From Zygnema circumcarinatum SAG 698-1b (lineage: Eukaryota > Plantae > Zygnematophyceae): DNA of 64,000 nt. Positions within the stretch are counted from its first letter, which is position 1; every line of letters begins with the position of its first letter. Shown in pieces: positions 39,682 to 52,880 of the stretch. The position numbers and the translations under genes were made by a program. The stretch is from contig CM074815.1 of assembly GCA_037447605.1 (NCBI GenBank), positions 124,001 through 188,000 of the forward strand, in the 5' to 3' direction. Below the pieces are notes generated by a model. The model had not been told where the DNA came from, did not search any database, and saw only the letters and a list, made by a program, of their open reading frames with translations.

Positions 39682-41868
39682 CTGGACAAAGCAGCAGGTC
39701 ACGATGAAACAGAAGTTGGAATATTAGTTTATTACAGAGCAGACAAGACAGTAAGCAAAGATCTATGTTTGAAGATGGGTTTAAATAATGTTCCAGGATT
39801 GAGTATGAACACTCTTGAACCCCTAAGCAATTAGAAGGAAAAATCTGATTAGGAGCAGCACGCAAGGGGCCGAAGTGCAGGAAATTTAAAGTGACGATAG
39901 AGGAAATGGCGTGAAACAAATGTAAAGAACACAGGACAAAAGGCGGTATTGCCATGCAGGATGAAAATATATTTAGAATATATTAAATTATATTATTTTA
40001 TTATTTATTTATATGCAGAATGTTTCTTGCTGAGGTGTAGAATCCCTGCTTGAAGCTTGAAGCCGACTTTCGCTTCACGAGGAGAGTAAGGGGCGAGGAG
40101 AAGGAGGAGGGAGGAGGGAGGAGGAAGCTGGAGAGAGGGAATGAGAGAGGAGAGAGAGGGAGAGAGGGAGAGAAGGAGAGGGAGAGAAGGAAGAGAACGG
40201 GTTGTGAGGGTGGGAGAGAGGCGGAGAGAAGGGGTGTTTACAAGGAGGCGAGAGGATGGGAGAGAGGAGGCAGTGAGAGGGAGGAAACAGAGCGGGAGAG
40301 AGAGTGCAAGGAGAGGATGAGAGGGAGACGGAGCGCAAAACTAGGAGAGACAGAGAGAGCCCGCCCCCAGCAGTACTCCAAACCCTAATCCCTCTCCCCC
40401 TGTGACTGCACCCCTCCGCACCCTAATCTTCCAAACCCAAATCCTTGAAACCCAAACTATCCCNNNNNNNNNNTATCCCCCCCCCCCCCCCCCCACCCCC
40501 CCAAACACTCTCCGCCACATGTCATCATCCCGCCGCTCCCCCATGCATGCCGAGTGCCACGTGTCAGCTCCACAGCCCCACCCGCACCTCTGCTTCGGCT
40601 TGCTCCCCGCCTTCCGCATCGTCCCGGAGCCGTCTCTGGCCTCCACGTGGCACTCACAGGCGCTGCCACGTCAGCAGCCCACCTCCCCCCGCTCGTGCGA
40701 GCGCCGCCAGACGCTCTCCGAGGGCGCCACGCGGCGCGCTGACAACTGTCTTCACGACAACGAACTTTTGGGGCCGTAGTACGAACCGTACAATGTCGGT
40801 GCCGTACAGAGACCATTCTGTACACGTCAGTACACGACCGTATAGATTATATGTACGGTATATGTCGGTGAAGGGCCATTTTTGTATTCTTGAGAAACAG
40901 TGACCCAGGCCGTACGACAGCGCCGACCTGGGACTGTACGAAACGGATCCGTCGGAACCGGCCGGCCGGCTGGCAGGGAGAGGGTGTTCTGCCGGTGGTT
41001 GGCAATTTGGTACGGTACGGAACTCCGGAAAAATGGCCGGAAAGCTAACGGCGGGGCCGGAATCGGAGGGCGGACCCCAAGACCGGCGGTCTCTGTCGCG
41101 TTTGGCCGGTACCGTACCGTACGGCGCCGGTTATGTGCCTCGAAAGTTAGGGTCGCTTGGCCTGCGCTCGCGGCGTTTGGATTTGAAATTGGAAAAAAAT
41201 TGAAGTGCGGAATTGAGGATGCGGAATGTTGTTGTTGCTGTTGTTGTTGTTGGTGGTGGTCAACATTTGCACTGTCCGTACAGTCATTGTGCATGGCATG
41301 TGATTTGCAAGCGTTAAGTTTGCTGAGCCATTGCGTCGAGTCATGATTTCGTTAGTCAAAATAACGCAGCAGTAACACACATGCATGTGTTGTCCCCACA
41401 ATTTCATAACCAAGGAGTGGTTATGCAAAACACACTTTTGTAGTGTCTTTTTTTTTTTGTAGTAAAAATGGAAAATTTGAGTTGTGCAGCGCTCTCTCCT
41501 CGCCGCTGCGGGGACCACCCACGGGCGCTGCAAACACCACAATCGCCTCACTCTATTGGCGAGCGCTGTTGTGGAGCCGGCAAGACCCGCAAAAAACTCA
41601 TGCGACACTATTCCTTATTAGCAGTTCCTCAACTACCTCCGTCAGATGACTAATACTTTACACACCTTACAATTACATAGTTCCCAAACAAAATACATAT
41701 ATATATATTATCATAATATATCAATAGTATAAGTAAGTGCACCACCTTGTGCCTGAACCATTGCCTTCTCGACTCACCAAAGCCCTCAAATTTTGAGGGC
41801 TTTTGGTTCACAACGCAAAAGTCCACAAGACAAAAGACACAAAGGCCTCCCTTTCCTCCGTACTTCCG

Positions 41869-42975
41869 TCACCGCGGTGACTCATCGGACCTGAAACTGT
41901 CCGAGGCTGACAGCGAGCGTGACGTGACCGCCTGGCGGATCCCGTTGTCGGAAAACTCGAGGAGGGGCCGCAAGAGGTCGACGACTTCCGTCATTGTCGG
42001 CCGCTGCCGGGGGTTGAACTGCAGACATTTTTCAGCAATTTCCGCCGCAATTCTCGCCGCTTTGATGGAGTAATTTCCCTCAAGGCGCGGGTCGATGATC
42101 TTGTACAGCCGCCGCTTGTCATTCAAAAACTGCGCCGCATATTGAACCAGACTCTGCTGCCCGTTGGGCCTCGACTGGTCCATGGACTGAAGGCCCGTGA
42201 TGATTTCCAAAAGCACCACCCCAAAACTGTACACGTCGCTTCTCGCTGACAAGTGTCCTGAATTTCAAATCCGCACAGGAAACAATTTAGTCATAAAAAC
42301 CTCAAGATATTTGCAGCACGAAATGTGCTGCTCTATACAGAAGGTTGAATCGTCCATTGCAGGGTACAACTGAGTCGATGAACGGTTTAAGATGGAGCAA
42401 TCATCACCTTTCATCAAGTATTCGGGGGCCGTGTACCCGAACGTGCCCATGACAGCGGTCGTGACATGCGTGTTCTTGCCTTCAGGTTTCGCTGCCTCTC
42501 TTGCTAACCCAAAATCGGAAAGTTTCGCTGTAAAATCCTGCTCACAAACAGACACCCCATTTACGATATCTTAAAAAAAATGCTTACACAACTGCGTTAG
42601 TAGCTTCTGCTCAAGAACTGATCAGAAACTGCTTCAGCAAAAATGAGAAACATGCACAAAGTGAAGAAACGGCAAGAAAATAACTACAGAGGCAAGTGGA
42701 GGTACTAACATTATGCAGAAGAATGTTTGACGCTTTGAAGTCACGATAGATCACTTGTTGATGTTCTGAATCATCGTGGAGGTATTCGAGGCCTTCCGCG
42801 ACTTGAATTGCTATTTTCATCCGGGTCGGCCATGGAATTACCTCATCGCCAACTTCCCCTGCAGAAAAGAGAAACATTTGGTTCAGAAACATCCAAGTTG
42901 GACAGGGAGGGGGTGGGAAGAAGGAAATGGATGTGCACGAGAGAGTGGGAGAGGGAGAGAGAGAGAGAGAGCGGA

Positions 42976-43018
<43 letters not shown>

Positions 43019-44167
43019 GGGAAAGTGCGTAAGGGACTAGAAACATGTTAGTCCCCAGCTTAGGTCGTCGGATTTTATTTGAGCTTTATGACACTCACTT
43101 GAGAACAAGTAGAGCTCCAAGCTGCCTTTTGGCATGTACTCGTACACAAGCCCCCGCTCTCCGTTCTTAGTATCTAGGCAGTATCCGACTAACTGAACCA
43201 AACTATGATGCTTTAGTTGACTCAGCAACTTCACCTCCGTCTGCATCCAAGCACCAAGTCATGCGCGTCTCCATTAGACCACATAGAACAGGCCAGACTC
43301 TGAACCCGCAAACTCTGACCCATCTTGCCCAAACCCCCAAAACATCCAAATTTCAGAACCACAACCCCGCAGAACCCACAACAGTACGAACCCAAACCCT
43401 CCAAACCTCAACCCGAACCCCCGAAGTCGAGGGTTTTCAACTCACCAGCCACTCCTTGTGCCCCTGCTGCCCGCCCTGGTTGAGCCTCTTCACAGCTACT
43501 GGCTTTCCCTCCGTGCCCTTACTGTCCTCGTCCACCCACCCCATATAGACCTTTCCGAACCCTCCCTCCCCGAGCAAAAGGTCCGGTCGGAACCATCTCG
43601 TCGCCTGCTGAATTTCCTTCATCGTGAATTTTCGTACGTCGATTTTCTGCTGTTCACTGCTTGTTGAATCGACGCGTGCGATCGGCCCGCTGTTGCCTGC
43701 GCTGCGCGCGCTCGAAGATGAGCCGTCAGATGAGCTCTCGCTCCCCGTGGAGGAGTTCAGAGGGGAGGTCGAAGGGCGAGGAAGCGGCACCGCCTTCGCA
43801 AATGCAAAGTGGTCGAGGATAGATCCACTCGACTGAGTTCCACCTGTGACAGAGAGACGCGTTCAAGCGACAGAGAGACGCGTTCAAGGTTGAACTTAAC
43901 AAAGATTAATTTAAATCAACCCACAAACCCCCTTACATGAGGGGGATGAAGATGAGATTCAGAAAGTGGTGATTCTGGCAAAAGTTCATAGTTTTAGACC
44001 CATGAGTTTGACTTACCAGGCGAGTGCATGCCCGCGTGGAGCTTCTTCAGTTTAGGGCTGAGAGAGTCTCTCGGACCTGCGGGCCAGCCATCGTACGGAC
44101 GGTTTCGCTTGCCGGTCACTTCTGCGGTTTGGGGCGACTCGCCGGCGACAGAAACGCACGACCCCAT
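41869..44167 (-). CDS. Receptor-like cytoplasmic kinase, subfamily VII (PBL/PBS1/BIK1-like)
   Basis: Exons 44167-44017, 43843-43446, 43240-43099, 42858-42710, 42537-42408, 42257-41869. N-terminal [54 protein letters not shown]. Confidence 0.93.
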
Positions 44168-46395
44168 GCCGCCGTCAAACTGTGACGGCTGCTCACATAG
44201 ATCCGCGCTCCAAGCGCCTACGAATCCTAGAATGCACGCACCATCGCTTGAATAGGTGCGAAGGCGACCAGGAAGAGGGGCGGGAAAGAGGGGTGGAGAG
44301 AGAGGGAGAGAGAGAGTGAGAGAGAGAGAGAAAAGCGGGCAGTAGTGAGGCGAATGGGAGCCGGCACAGCTTCGACCTGCCGAATAGCCGAGGCAGAGGG
44401 AGAGGGAGACGGGGAGCGAGAGCTTGAGAGGGAGAGAGAGAGAGAAAGCGAGAGAGCGGGGGAGGAGAGAGGGAGAGACCCGGAGGGCGGAGGGAGGAGG
44501 GAAGGGCCGGGGCCGAAGGAGTGTAGGCGGAGGGCCGCCCGCGGGGGGGAGGGCGACGGTCGCCGGACGGCCAGAAAGGCGATCGGAAGTGTCGCGGCGC
44601 ATCGGACGGCTGCGCGCCCCGCCGTACGGATCGCGGTGTCAGGGCAGGCCGGACAAAAGGAGGAGGGCAGCCTTTTCAGGCGCAAATTTGGACTTTTGCG
44701 TTCGTCTTGTGCAAATGTTTTTACTGATGTCAACCAGTCACGTTGCGCCACGTCATCATAAATTTAAATGTTGTTCTAGCTTTGGAATTTGGACATGTGA
44801 AGTGCAATTAAATGCGTTTTTCAATTTGTGATTTCGTACGAGCGTGTACGAACAGAATCTGACACCGTGCGCCCATTATGACGGAGCGGATCAACGTACG
44901 GCTGACGGTGGATGGTAGTGTCGGCGGATCTACCCGACATTCGTACAATAATACCGATTTTGTCGTTTGCGGTTTTAACCATTGGTCGGTGGAGTACAGC
45001 GCCGTCCAATTGGAAGGGCGGTATCGTACGATGTTTGTGTCCGTGTGGTACGGCGCGGTAGCGGTACGGGCGGCGGTCGTTCGCGTCCCGCCAAGCCTGT
45101 CTAGAGTTGTGGCGGTTGGGGGCGCCAAGGGGTCGCATGGGCATGGCTCATGCGGCCGCTTGGAGTCCCAAGGCTGATCCAGGCGAACATGGTCGCGACT
45201 TTCAAGTCTTGTTGTTGTTGGGCCTATCATGGCTCCTCATGTCAATCATTTGCTTCAACGTTTCGGCATTTGTTACCTTTGCACTTTGGCTCTTCACTCA
45301 TGTACACGTGATGGTGTCGTGAGACCACTACTTTGTCATTTCGCCACCTCGGCAGCCGAGGCGGGTTCAGGATTTTAGTTCAAGGGGGGCTGACCAACGA
45401 GTTGGGAAAGAAAATCTGAAATTCGAGTGTGTATTTTTGCTGTTCAACCTTTCAAGGCGGTTAGTGGCTGACAACAACCAGTTGAATGGAGAAGTTGGGA
45501 ACTAAGTCGGAAAACCCTTCAAAGCGAAGTTACATGATTCAACTTCATTCAACCTGTTGAATGAAAACCATCCGCACTTGCGAAATTAGACCAGCAAAGT
45601 TGAACCACGTCAGCAAAGGTTGAATGAAGTTGGACCATGATTCATGAAACAAGCCTGAACAGCTCCACCGTCCGTACATTTAGCTGTTTTTTGGCAGCTC
45701 CGTTGCTCGACATGGAACAGTTCCGCACAACGAGGACGCTGCTCCGTTGAGCGTTTTAGGGTTAGGGTTCGCTCGCCATTTCATGTCATGGCTCGTCTCC
45801 TTCGAAGCTTGTCCATGTCAAACCTTGTGAAGGTTTGAAAAAAGCTCACCTCCCACAGTGATGTTCTGCACATATTATCATCTCTGCATCTGCTGCATCA
45901 CACCATTGCATCACATCTCGTCTCTGCATCACATTGCTGCTTCACATTCGCTCACATTCCCCCACACTGCGTCAGATCTGGTTCCCGCATCACATCACAT
46001 TCCATCGAATTGTGATAGCATATTGCATCAGAACATCTTCCTGCATCGCGTATTGAAGAAAGCAACAGGCAGGGAGGTGTCTAGGGCTTCAGGTGTTAGG
46101 GTTGTCAAGTTCTAGGGGATTTCAGGTTGCTCGGATTTTGGAGTTCCGAGCTGCAGAACCATGGCTTGTACGTCGAGTGCGAAGGCGGCGCTCCTGCGAA
46201 ATGATAAGGCTCTGGCAGCTCGTATGTGTGCTTAGAGCGAGTTAGAGAGGGAAGAGGAGTGAGGGAGCCAGAGAAGCAAGACGAGGGGAAAAGGGGGAAC
46301 GAGAAGGCGTGAAGGATCAGGAGCAGGAAAGAAAGCAGAGTCATTTATTCATACAAGTGCAGGATAATTGCAATTTACTTTGTATTTCGACTCGA

Positions 46396-49300
46396 ATGGG
46401 AAGCTGCATCTCGCTTCTGGCGGAGACGGATCGCTCGAGGGGCGAAGTTGAGGAGAGTGAGACTTCGCCGAGCCCTAAACCTCCAGGTGATGCGCCCTGA
46501 AACCCCAAATAAAGCAGGTTGGAAGAGAATGTGGCCTGTATGTGTAATTTCAGAACTCTCAGACCGGAGCATTCGTCGAGCCTCTTTCGTCTACGAGTTT
46601 AAGCAGGTTCATAGCTCAGTACTACGCTGCGTTTGCAGTTCTTGACGTAGGAAGATGCAACGCAGGGAGATTGATGTCTCAATTCAATTAGTTGATGGAA
46701 GGTTGTTGTTTTTCCGTTTCCTTTTCTGTGTTTTGAATAACGCCAGATGCAAAGATTAAAATGCCAAGTCAATCTCTTGGGTTGGGCCGCTCGCCGACCT
46801 TCTCCGTCCATTTTCGGGCTTTCTCATATAATGAGCTCGTCGAGGCTACAGGCAACTTCAAGTCAGTGCCTTCGTTATAATTATTTCCTAAGTTATTTCT
46901 TTTTCCATTATTTCTATCGCAAGTGTAGATTTTTTTCATTGGAATCTATTCTTTACGCTTCCCATCCATCTCCTGCTCCATTACTTTGCTATATGAAAAA
47001 AAGTTGTTGATACTCCTCTTCTATCATTTATTCATGCTGTACAACATTGTATGTAGGAGGCTCATATGACTTGTTTCAACCGCATTCAAACCGACTCTTA
47101 AAACACCCGTTACATAGCATTTGTTTGCGGGACCTCATTTATTCCCATAACTTATCCCACATACTTTTTCTGGGTCTTTCTCCTGCTCAGAAAGGAGTGT
47201 GAAATTTCCGATGGGGCGAGACAGGCTACCAATGTCGTGTACAGAGGGCAACTCACAGACGGCAGCGTTGTAGCCATCAAACGCTTCCATTTGCGCGATT
47301 GGCCCGATGCTGACACATTCATGGTAAGGAATCAAAGCAGGGGGTAAAGGGCGGGAGACGGGAGGGAAAGAAGTGAACAAATGGGAGAGGAGGTTGAAGT
47401 AGGATGGGAGGGCAGGGAGAGGAGGAAGGAGCGGAGGGAAGACCGAGGGTGGGAGAAGGAAGGAGGGAGAGCGGGAAGGAGAGAAAGAGATAGGAGAGGA
47501 GGGAAGGAGGAGGGAAGGGAAGGGAAGGGCGAGAGCAAAGGCTGCAGCAGTGCATGAGAGCCCAGGGAAGAGAGATGAGAAAGACACGGATATCTATCCT
47601 GAAGGTTGAGTTTCAGATTCCTCCTTTCTCATCACTCACAGTGATTCCCTTCCCCTCCCTCCCCTTCCTCCCTCCAGGCCCTGGCAGAGTGCATAGGCAA
47701 GGTGCGCGTAGACGGCTTTGTGAGCCTCCTTGGTGCATGTAACGAGGGTAGCACGCGTCTACTGGTGGCGGAGTACATGCCCGGCAGCCTCACCCGCCTT
47801 CTCTTCCACTGTCAGTCGCGCCCCTGAACCCTAAGGGCTTTTTAAACCTTCAAGAGATGACGTCTGCACTGCAGATTTCTGGACAGTGCACAGATGTAGT
47901 CATGTCAGGATGATGTAGTCGGCGAAGTGATGCAGCAAATGGAGAGGTGATGCAGGGGAGAAGAAGTCCATGACGTGGCTACAGCGCATCAAGGCGGCGG
48001 CAAGAGCTGCCAAGACGTTGGAAGTATTGGAGGGGGTTCAGATGCTGCCTTCCTACCACGACCTCACTGTGGATCGGGTTCTCTTCAGCTCTGTCAGTCC
48101 TCTCACTCTCTCCTCTCGCTCTCCCTCCCCCTCTCCCACCACTTCCCCCTCCTTACCGCAAGTTTGCCTCATTTGTTTCCCGAAATCGAAAGGAAAGGTG
48201 GAGAGAAACGGAAAGTATCATTTTCTCAAGCAAGGGCATGGTTACCAGAACTCCCTTTTTCCGACCCCTAAATGTGTGAAAATCTAATTATTTTCCGTTT
48301 TGGTTTTCCTCTTCTTTTGTGGTGGCAGGACGGCAGGTCCCACCTTTCATCTTTTGGAATCATGAAGGCTCAAGGAGAGGGAGCAGACTTCAGTATGAAC
48401 ATGACTGACGTTCCCCCTGAATTCATCACTAAAGGTGGCTGTGCAAACCCGAAAAATAATAAAAAAAACTTCCAAGAACATAAACGTTTGGAGGAAGCGT
48501 GGAATAGGATTGTGTTTAGATACCCTGTAAGCTTTTTTTGACCTCCTGGAAGTTGTAGAACTTTCTCGAGATTCAACTTCATTTTGTTTTCCGCCTTGAT
48601 TTTCCGATTCACCCTTTATCTCATGGTTTTATATGCAGGCACTCTCGTTAAGGCAAGCGTAGTATGGAGTTTCGGAACCCTCCTGCTTGCTCTCTTGAGC
48701 GGAAAGAGTGTCCGAGCACGACATGTGAGTGTTCCATACTCGTTCTGTTACAGTTATGGTCACTGTTTTACTCAACTACCGTCGAACTTGCTGCATAGAA
48801 ATGCTGCAAAACGTCGGCTTCGAAGGATCAAACCTCGGATCTCAAAAACTGTCTCAAACATAGAAAAAACTTGAATGCCATAGACATAGAAACGCCAAAA
48901 ACACTAACGAACATGTAGTCCCGGACGTTCCATATGCTTCCGTTCCGTTGCAGTTTACGGAACTGGTGGAGGCCCAGAAGACGTTGGATGCAGTCGTAGA
49001 CAGCACTCTGCGTGGTAGCCGAGGGATGGTAGTTGCTGACGTCATCGCTCTCGTAGCCTCCTGCCTCCAGCAGGACCCTGGACAGAGACCTGCACTTGGG
49101 ACTGTTCTCGATGTGCTTAATGTTCTGCAGGCCCGAGCCCAGGTAAACAGGATATTCTGAATGGAGGTTCAAAAGGACTAAAAGATAATGAAAGAGAGGA
49201 TATCCTATAGGAAGTAGTCTGCAAGAAGGCTGAAAGAAGTTGAAAGTAAAAAGGTCCAGAAATTTGTCTAACAAGGGCTAGTAGTAGAGTAAAGAAAGGT

Positions 49301-49748
49301 AACAGCTCCAGATTGCCTGAAGGAGAGTTTTTTGCAAAACATCGGTTTGCAGAAGGAGAGGAAAGAGGGAAGAGCATCAAAATGCAAGGGAGTCTATGAA
49401 TCTCCCGGTTTTTTGAGAAGGTTTTTCTTAGGATTTCATCGCATGGGATGCCCTGGGGTTCGCCTCAAGTCTTCTAGAAGTTCCCGTATGTACAATTAGG
49501 GTTCAAAAAGCTGAATCCCGGTATTCTAGTTTTTTACTCAATTCAACTTTCTCTGACACGTTTGTTTCTCCTTCCTTTAGGGTAACGAGAAAGAACAGAA
49601 AATGACAAGCTCCCGATTTGGACAAGCTGCGGCATCGGGAGATTTGGAGACTCTGCATGAGCTCCTTGTGAATCAAATGTACGGAACTCCACCGGAGGTG
49701 AGAGGGGCCAACCTGCCACACTCTCATCGCCTTCATCACGGAGAGCTT

Positions 49749-49786
<38 letters not shown>

Positions 49787-50740
49787 CCAGTTTTGCAGTC
49801 TGCCCCATTCAGTGGAACAAAGCTCGGATGGTCTTCTCAGTCCCTTCTTTTCGTCATTCTCATGTTTGTTTCCTTCGCAGCCTTCGTTCGAGTATTGGAA
49901 AGAACAGAACGCTTCCATGCAAGAACTGGTGAATGCCCGAAGCATGGGCGACAAGGCCTTCCGCGTCAAAAACTGGGAAGAGGCCATTTTGAACTATACC
50001 AAGGTGGGCTTCTCTTTGAATGGTGAAGACTGTCATAGGGAAAGTCTGTTAGGGGCTGGTCTTGGAGGCAAATGAAGCGCTCATTGTTGACTGTTGGTAG
50101 GCGGCCTTCCCTTGTGCTTCTAATTGGCATTTTGGGTTCCAGGATGTGTCAATTTATTCAGTAGTCACTCACATCTCAGCTAAAGTTTTGTACCTTTCAA
50201 TCCTTGAGCTTACTGCTGCTTGATCCTTAGGATCTGTAGAACGCTCTCTCTCTTTCTCTCTCTCATCCTCTCCCTCCCTCGCTGCTCCTCACCCTCCCTC
50301 CCCCCCCCTCCCTTCCGGCCTCCCCCCCCCTCGCACAACCAATCTATCATCCTCTCGTCCAAATTTCATCCTTTACTTCTCGTCCCTCCAGATGTCTAAC
50401 TTTTGGCCTTCTGTGCTGTCCTCTCTCCATGGTTGGCATATTTCAGTTCACCAAGTTGGGTACGAGTCCGTTACATCTCATGTTTGCACGGAGAGCTCTA
50501 TGCTATTTATATGTGGAGAAGTACCGTTTAGCGCTTGCAGACGCCATGACAGCGGAGTATGCAAACCCCACTTGGCCGGAGGCCTTTTACCTTCAAGCGG
50601 TTGCTTTGAACATGCTCCAAATGGGAAGCGATGCAAAGGAAATCATCGCCAAGGGGCTGAGACACGAACAGCAGAACTCAACCTCTCAGTCGGCTCTGAA
50701 CAGGCCCCAACAGTCCCAGTCCTCATCCTTTAGGTTTTGA
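46396..50740 (+). CDS. BSK: Brassinosteroid-signalling kinase-like (RLCK-XII pseudokinase plus TPR)
   Basis: Exons 46396-46486, 46747-46861, 47191-47323, 47678-47810, 47956-48092, 48329-48434, 48639-48724, 48954-49142, 49581-49697, 49881-50003, 50447-50740. MGSC, FRAFSYNELVEAT, NVVYRG, AIKRF...WPDA, YHDLTVDRVLF, LSSFGIMK, WSFGTLLLALLSGK, GDKAFR, FARRALCYL...DAMTAEYANPTWPEAFYLQAVAL. Confidence 0.9.
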
Positions 50741-51804
50741 ATGGGAGGTTTGAGTGGCTTGAGGAGCCTGTACCTTTAAACTATTGTAGGTTGTTGTTAT
50801 TGGTTGGCGACATTGTATATTTGCTGAGTGCGCATTCCGCTGAGAACGGCGGAATGTGATTGGTTGAATGGGTGGTAGAGGGTGAGGGGGTAGATGGGAG
50901 GAGAGGGAGGGAGGCAGGGAAGAGGCATAAATGATGAATGCAGCTTGCAAATAAGAGGGGATAGTAAGCATGTATAAGGACCAGCTTTGTAGAGATTTCT
51001 CCTGCAAGCACCAAGCTGCGGTTCAATTAGGAAAGGCATGACTTAGACATGCAAGGGCAGGAAAACATTGTTCGCTTTAGGGAAGGATTTGGGCAAGAAG
51101 GGCATGAAGAAAACTTGGAGGTAGCACACGTGCGGAAAAGTCCCTCGAGAGCAGGGCGTGCTCTCTTTTGGAAGGGGATTCTGTTGATGGGGTGACTTCA
51201 AAATATGGTTTCTGGATGGGCTTGTAGCGGCTGCTCGTGGTTCCCCATGTTGGCTTTTTTCCATGCACATGTGATGGCACCGCCATCGTGAGACCGATGC
51301 CAAACGCCTTCTCACTTTCTGGATGACTTCCATGTCATTAGTTGCTATAACTGCAGGAGGCGGTCTATGTGGCCGAAAATCTGAAGAATAGAAAACGAAG
51401 AAAATGTTGAACTGATTCTAACTGGGAGTTGGGACCCAACGCCACTCGTGACACATGCGATGCGCCCATTTACTATTCGTAGGCCGTGCCATGCCATGCC
51501 ATGCCATGCCCTGCCATGGGTGAGGGATGCCGCATGGCCATGGATGGCCATGGGGGCAGACCAAGTCCTTGTGCAGGCGCTCTCGAGGAGAGGGCGAGAT
51601 TAGGGTTTGGCTCTGCGGCAGGAAGGTCTCGAGCTGCTGCACGCGCCTGCGCTCTCCCTCTCTGAGGCGATATCTGTGAGACGAGCTTGGGGACACACTT
51701 GCCTCTGCCATACGAACCAAGACAGTCAAGCAACCGAACACGCTGGGCACTGTCTCATCGTTCATTAGGATCCGATCTGTGGAACTTGGAAGATATCTGC
51801 AGCA

Positions 51805-52833
51805 ATGGCGGTGCGGATGTGCCCCTCTCCTTCCTCTCTCTCTCTCTCTCTCGCTCAATCTCTCTCCCTCCCCCCCTCTCTCTCGCATGCATGCGATCTG
51901 CTTACTGCATGAACCTTCAACACGCACAACCACATGATGGCCATGCGGGGCATGTGATGGCATGGCTGCAACATGGCATGGCATAGCAGTGGATGTGGTA
52001 GCGGTGCTCAATTAGTGATCATGGTGCATGAGTTTTGAAGGAGATTAAGTGAGGCAAAGGAAACTATGACGATTCTTTTCTACAGGATGGCATGCAACAA
52101 TGCAGGCAGTCTTGAAGCGATGAAGTGTTGGCTCACAAATAAGCAATGTCAGTCAGGTTTAGTCAACTGAAAAAGGTTCCTGAAGGGATGCTTAATATCA
52201 GACCTTTGTACTGTTAGCTGAAAAACTCAAATCTCAAGTTCACAAATGCGTTTAAAGCGATTACACGAACCTGAAGGATATCTCAGAGGAGTTTCAAAAT
52301 CGTTTTGCATCTGGAGACTCAAAAACACAAAAACTGGGCCCAAATCTGAAACTGAACCACTGAAATTTCTGGTATTGATTGTCGCAGAAGGCCGTAGCGA
52401 AAGTGACCGGGTTTGGAGCAGAAGTGACAGAAAAGCAGCTTGAAGATTTTTTCGAGCATTCAGGGAAAATCGATAGCATGGAATTGAAAACTTTGTGAGT
52501 GACTCTTCTTTTTTAAAACGGAAGACATCGTTTTGCTCTAACATTGTTCCGGCGCTCAAAGACTTCTATGATTTTAGGACACATAATGTTTCAACCATTC
52601 AAGTTTTCTGCGGCGGTTATTAAGAAAAGGCTAAAACACCTGATGCTTTACCTACTTCTTGTTGTTTTCTTCAAAGTGTCAACGGATTTAGTTTTTGGAC
52701 GGCTTCTAAGATTTGCTTTGACAATGCAGGGAGGGCGAAGGCACAAGGGTGGCTCTTGTGACCTTTGAAGAGGCGGATTCGTTGCAGAAAGCCCTCATTC
52801 TGAATGTGAAGATTCGCCTCTCTTCGAACCCCC

Positions 52834-52880
<47 letters not shown>

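Noticed and set aside
43848-43888. 20-bp direct duplication gacagagagacgcgttcaag
   Set aside because: Simple slippage duplication in an intron; acceptor unaffected.
46554-46607. Possible extra BSK exon ELSDRSIRRASFVYEFKQ
   Set aside because: Ends in phase 0 while the next exon needs phase 1; exon 1 joins 46747 directly.
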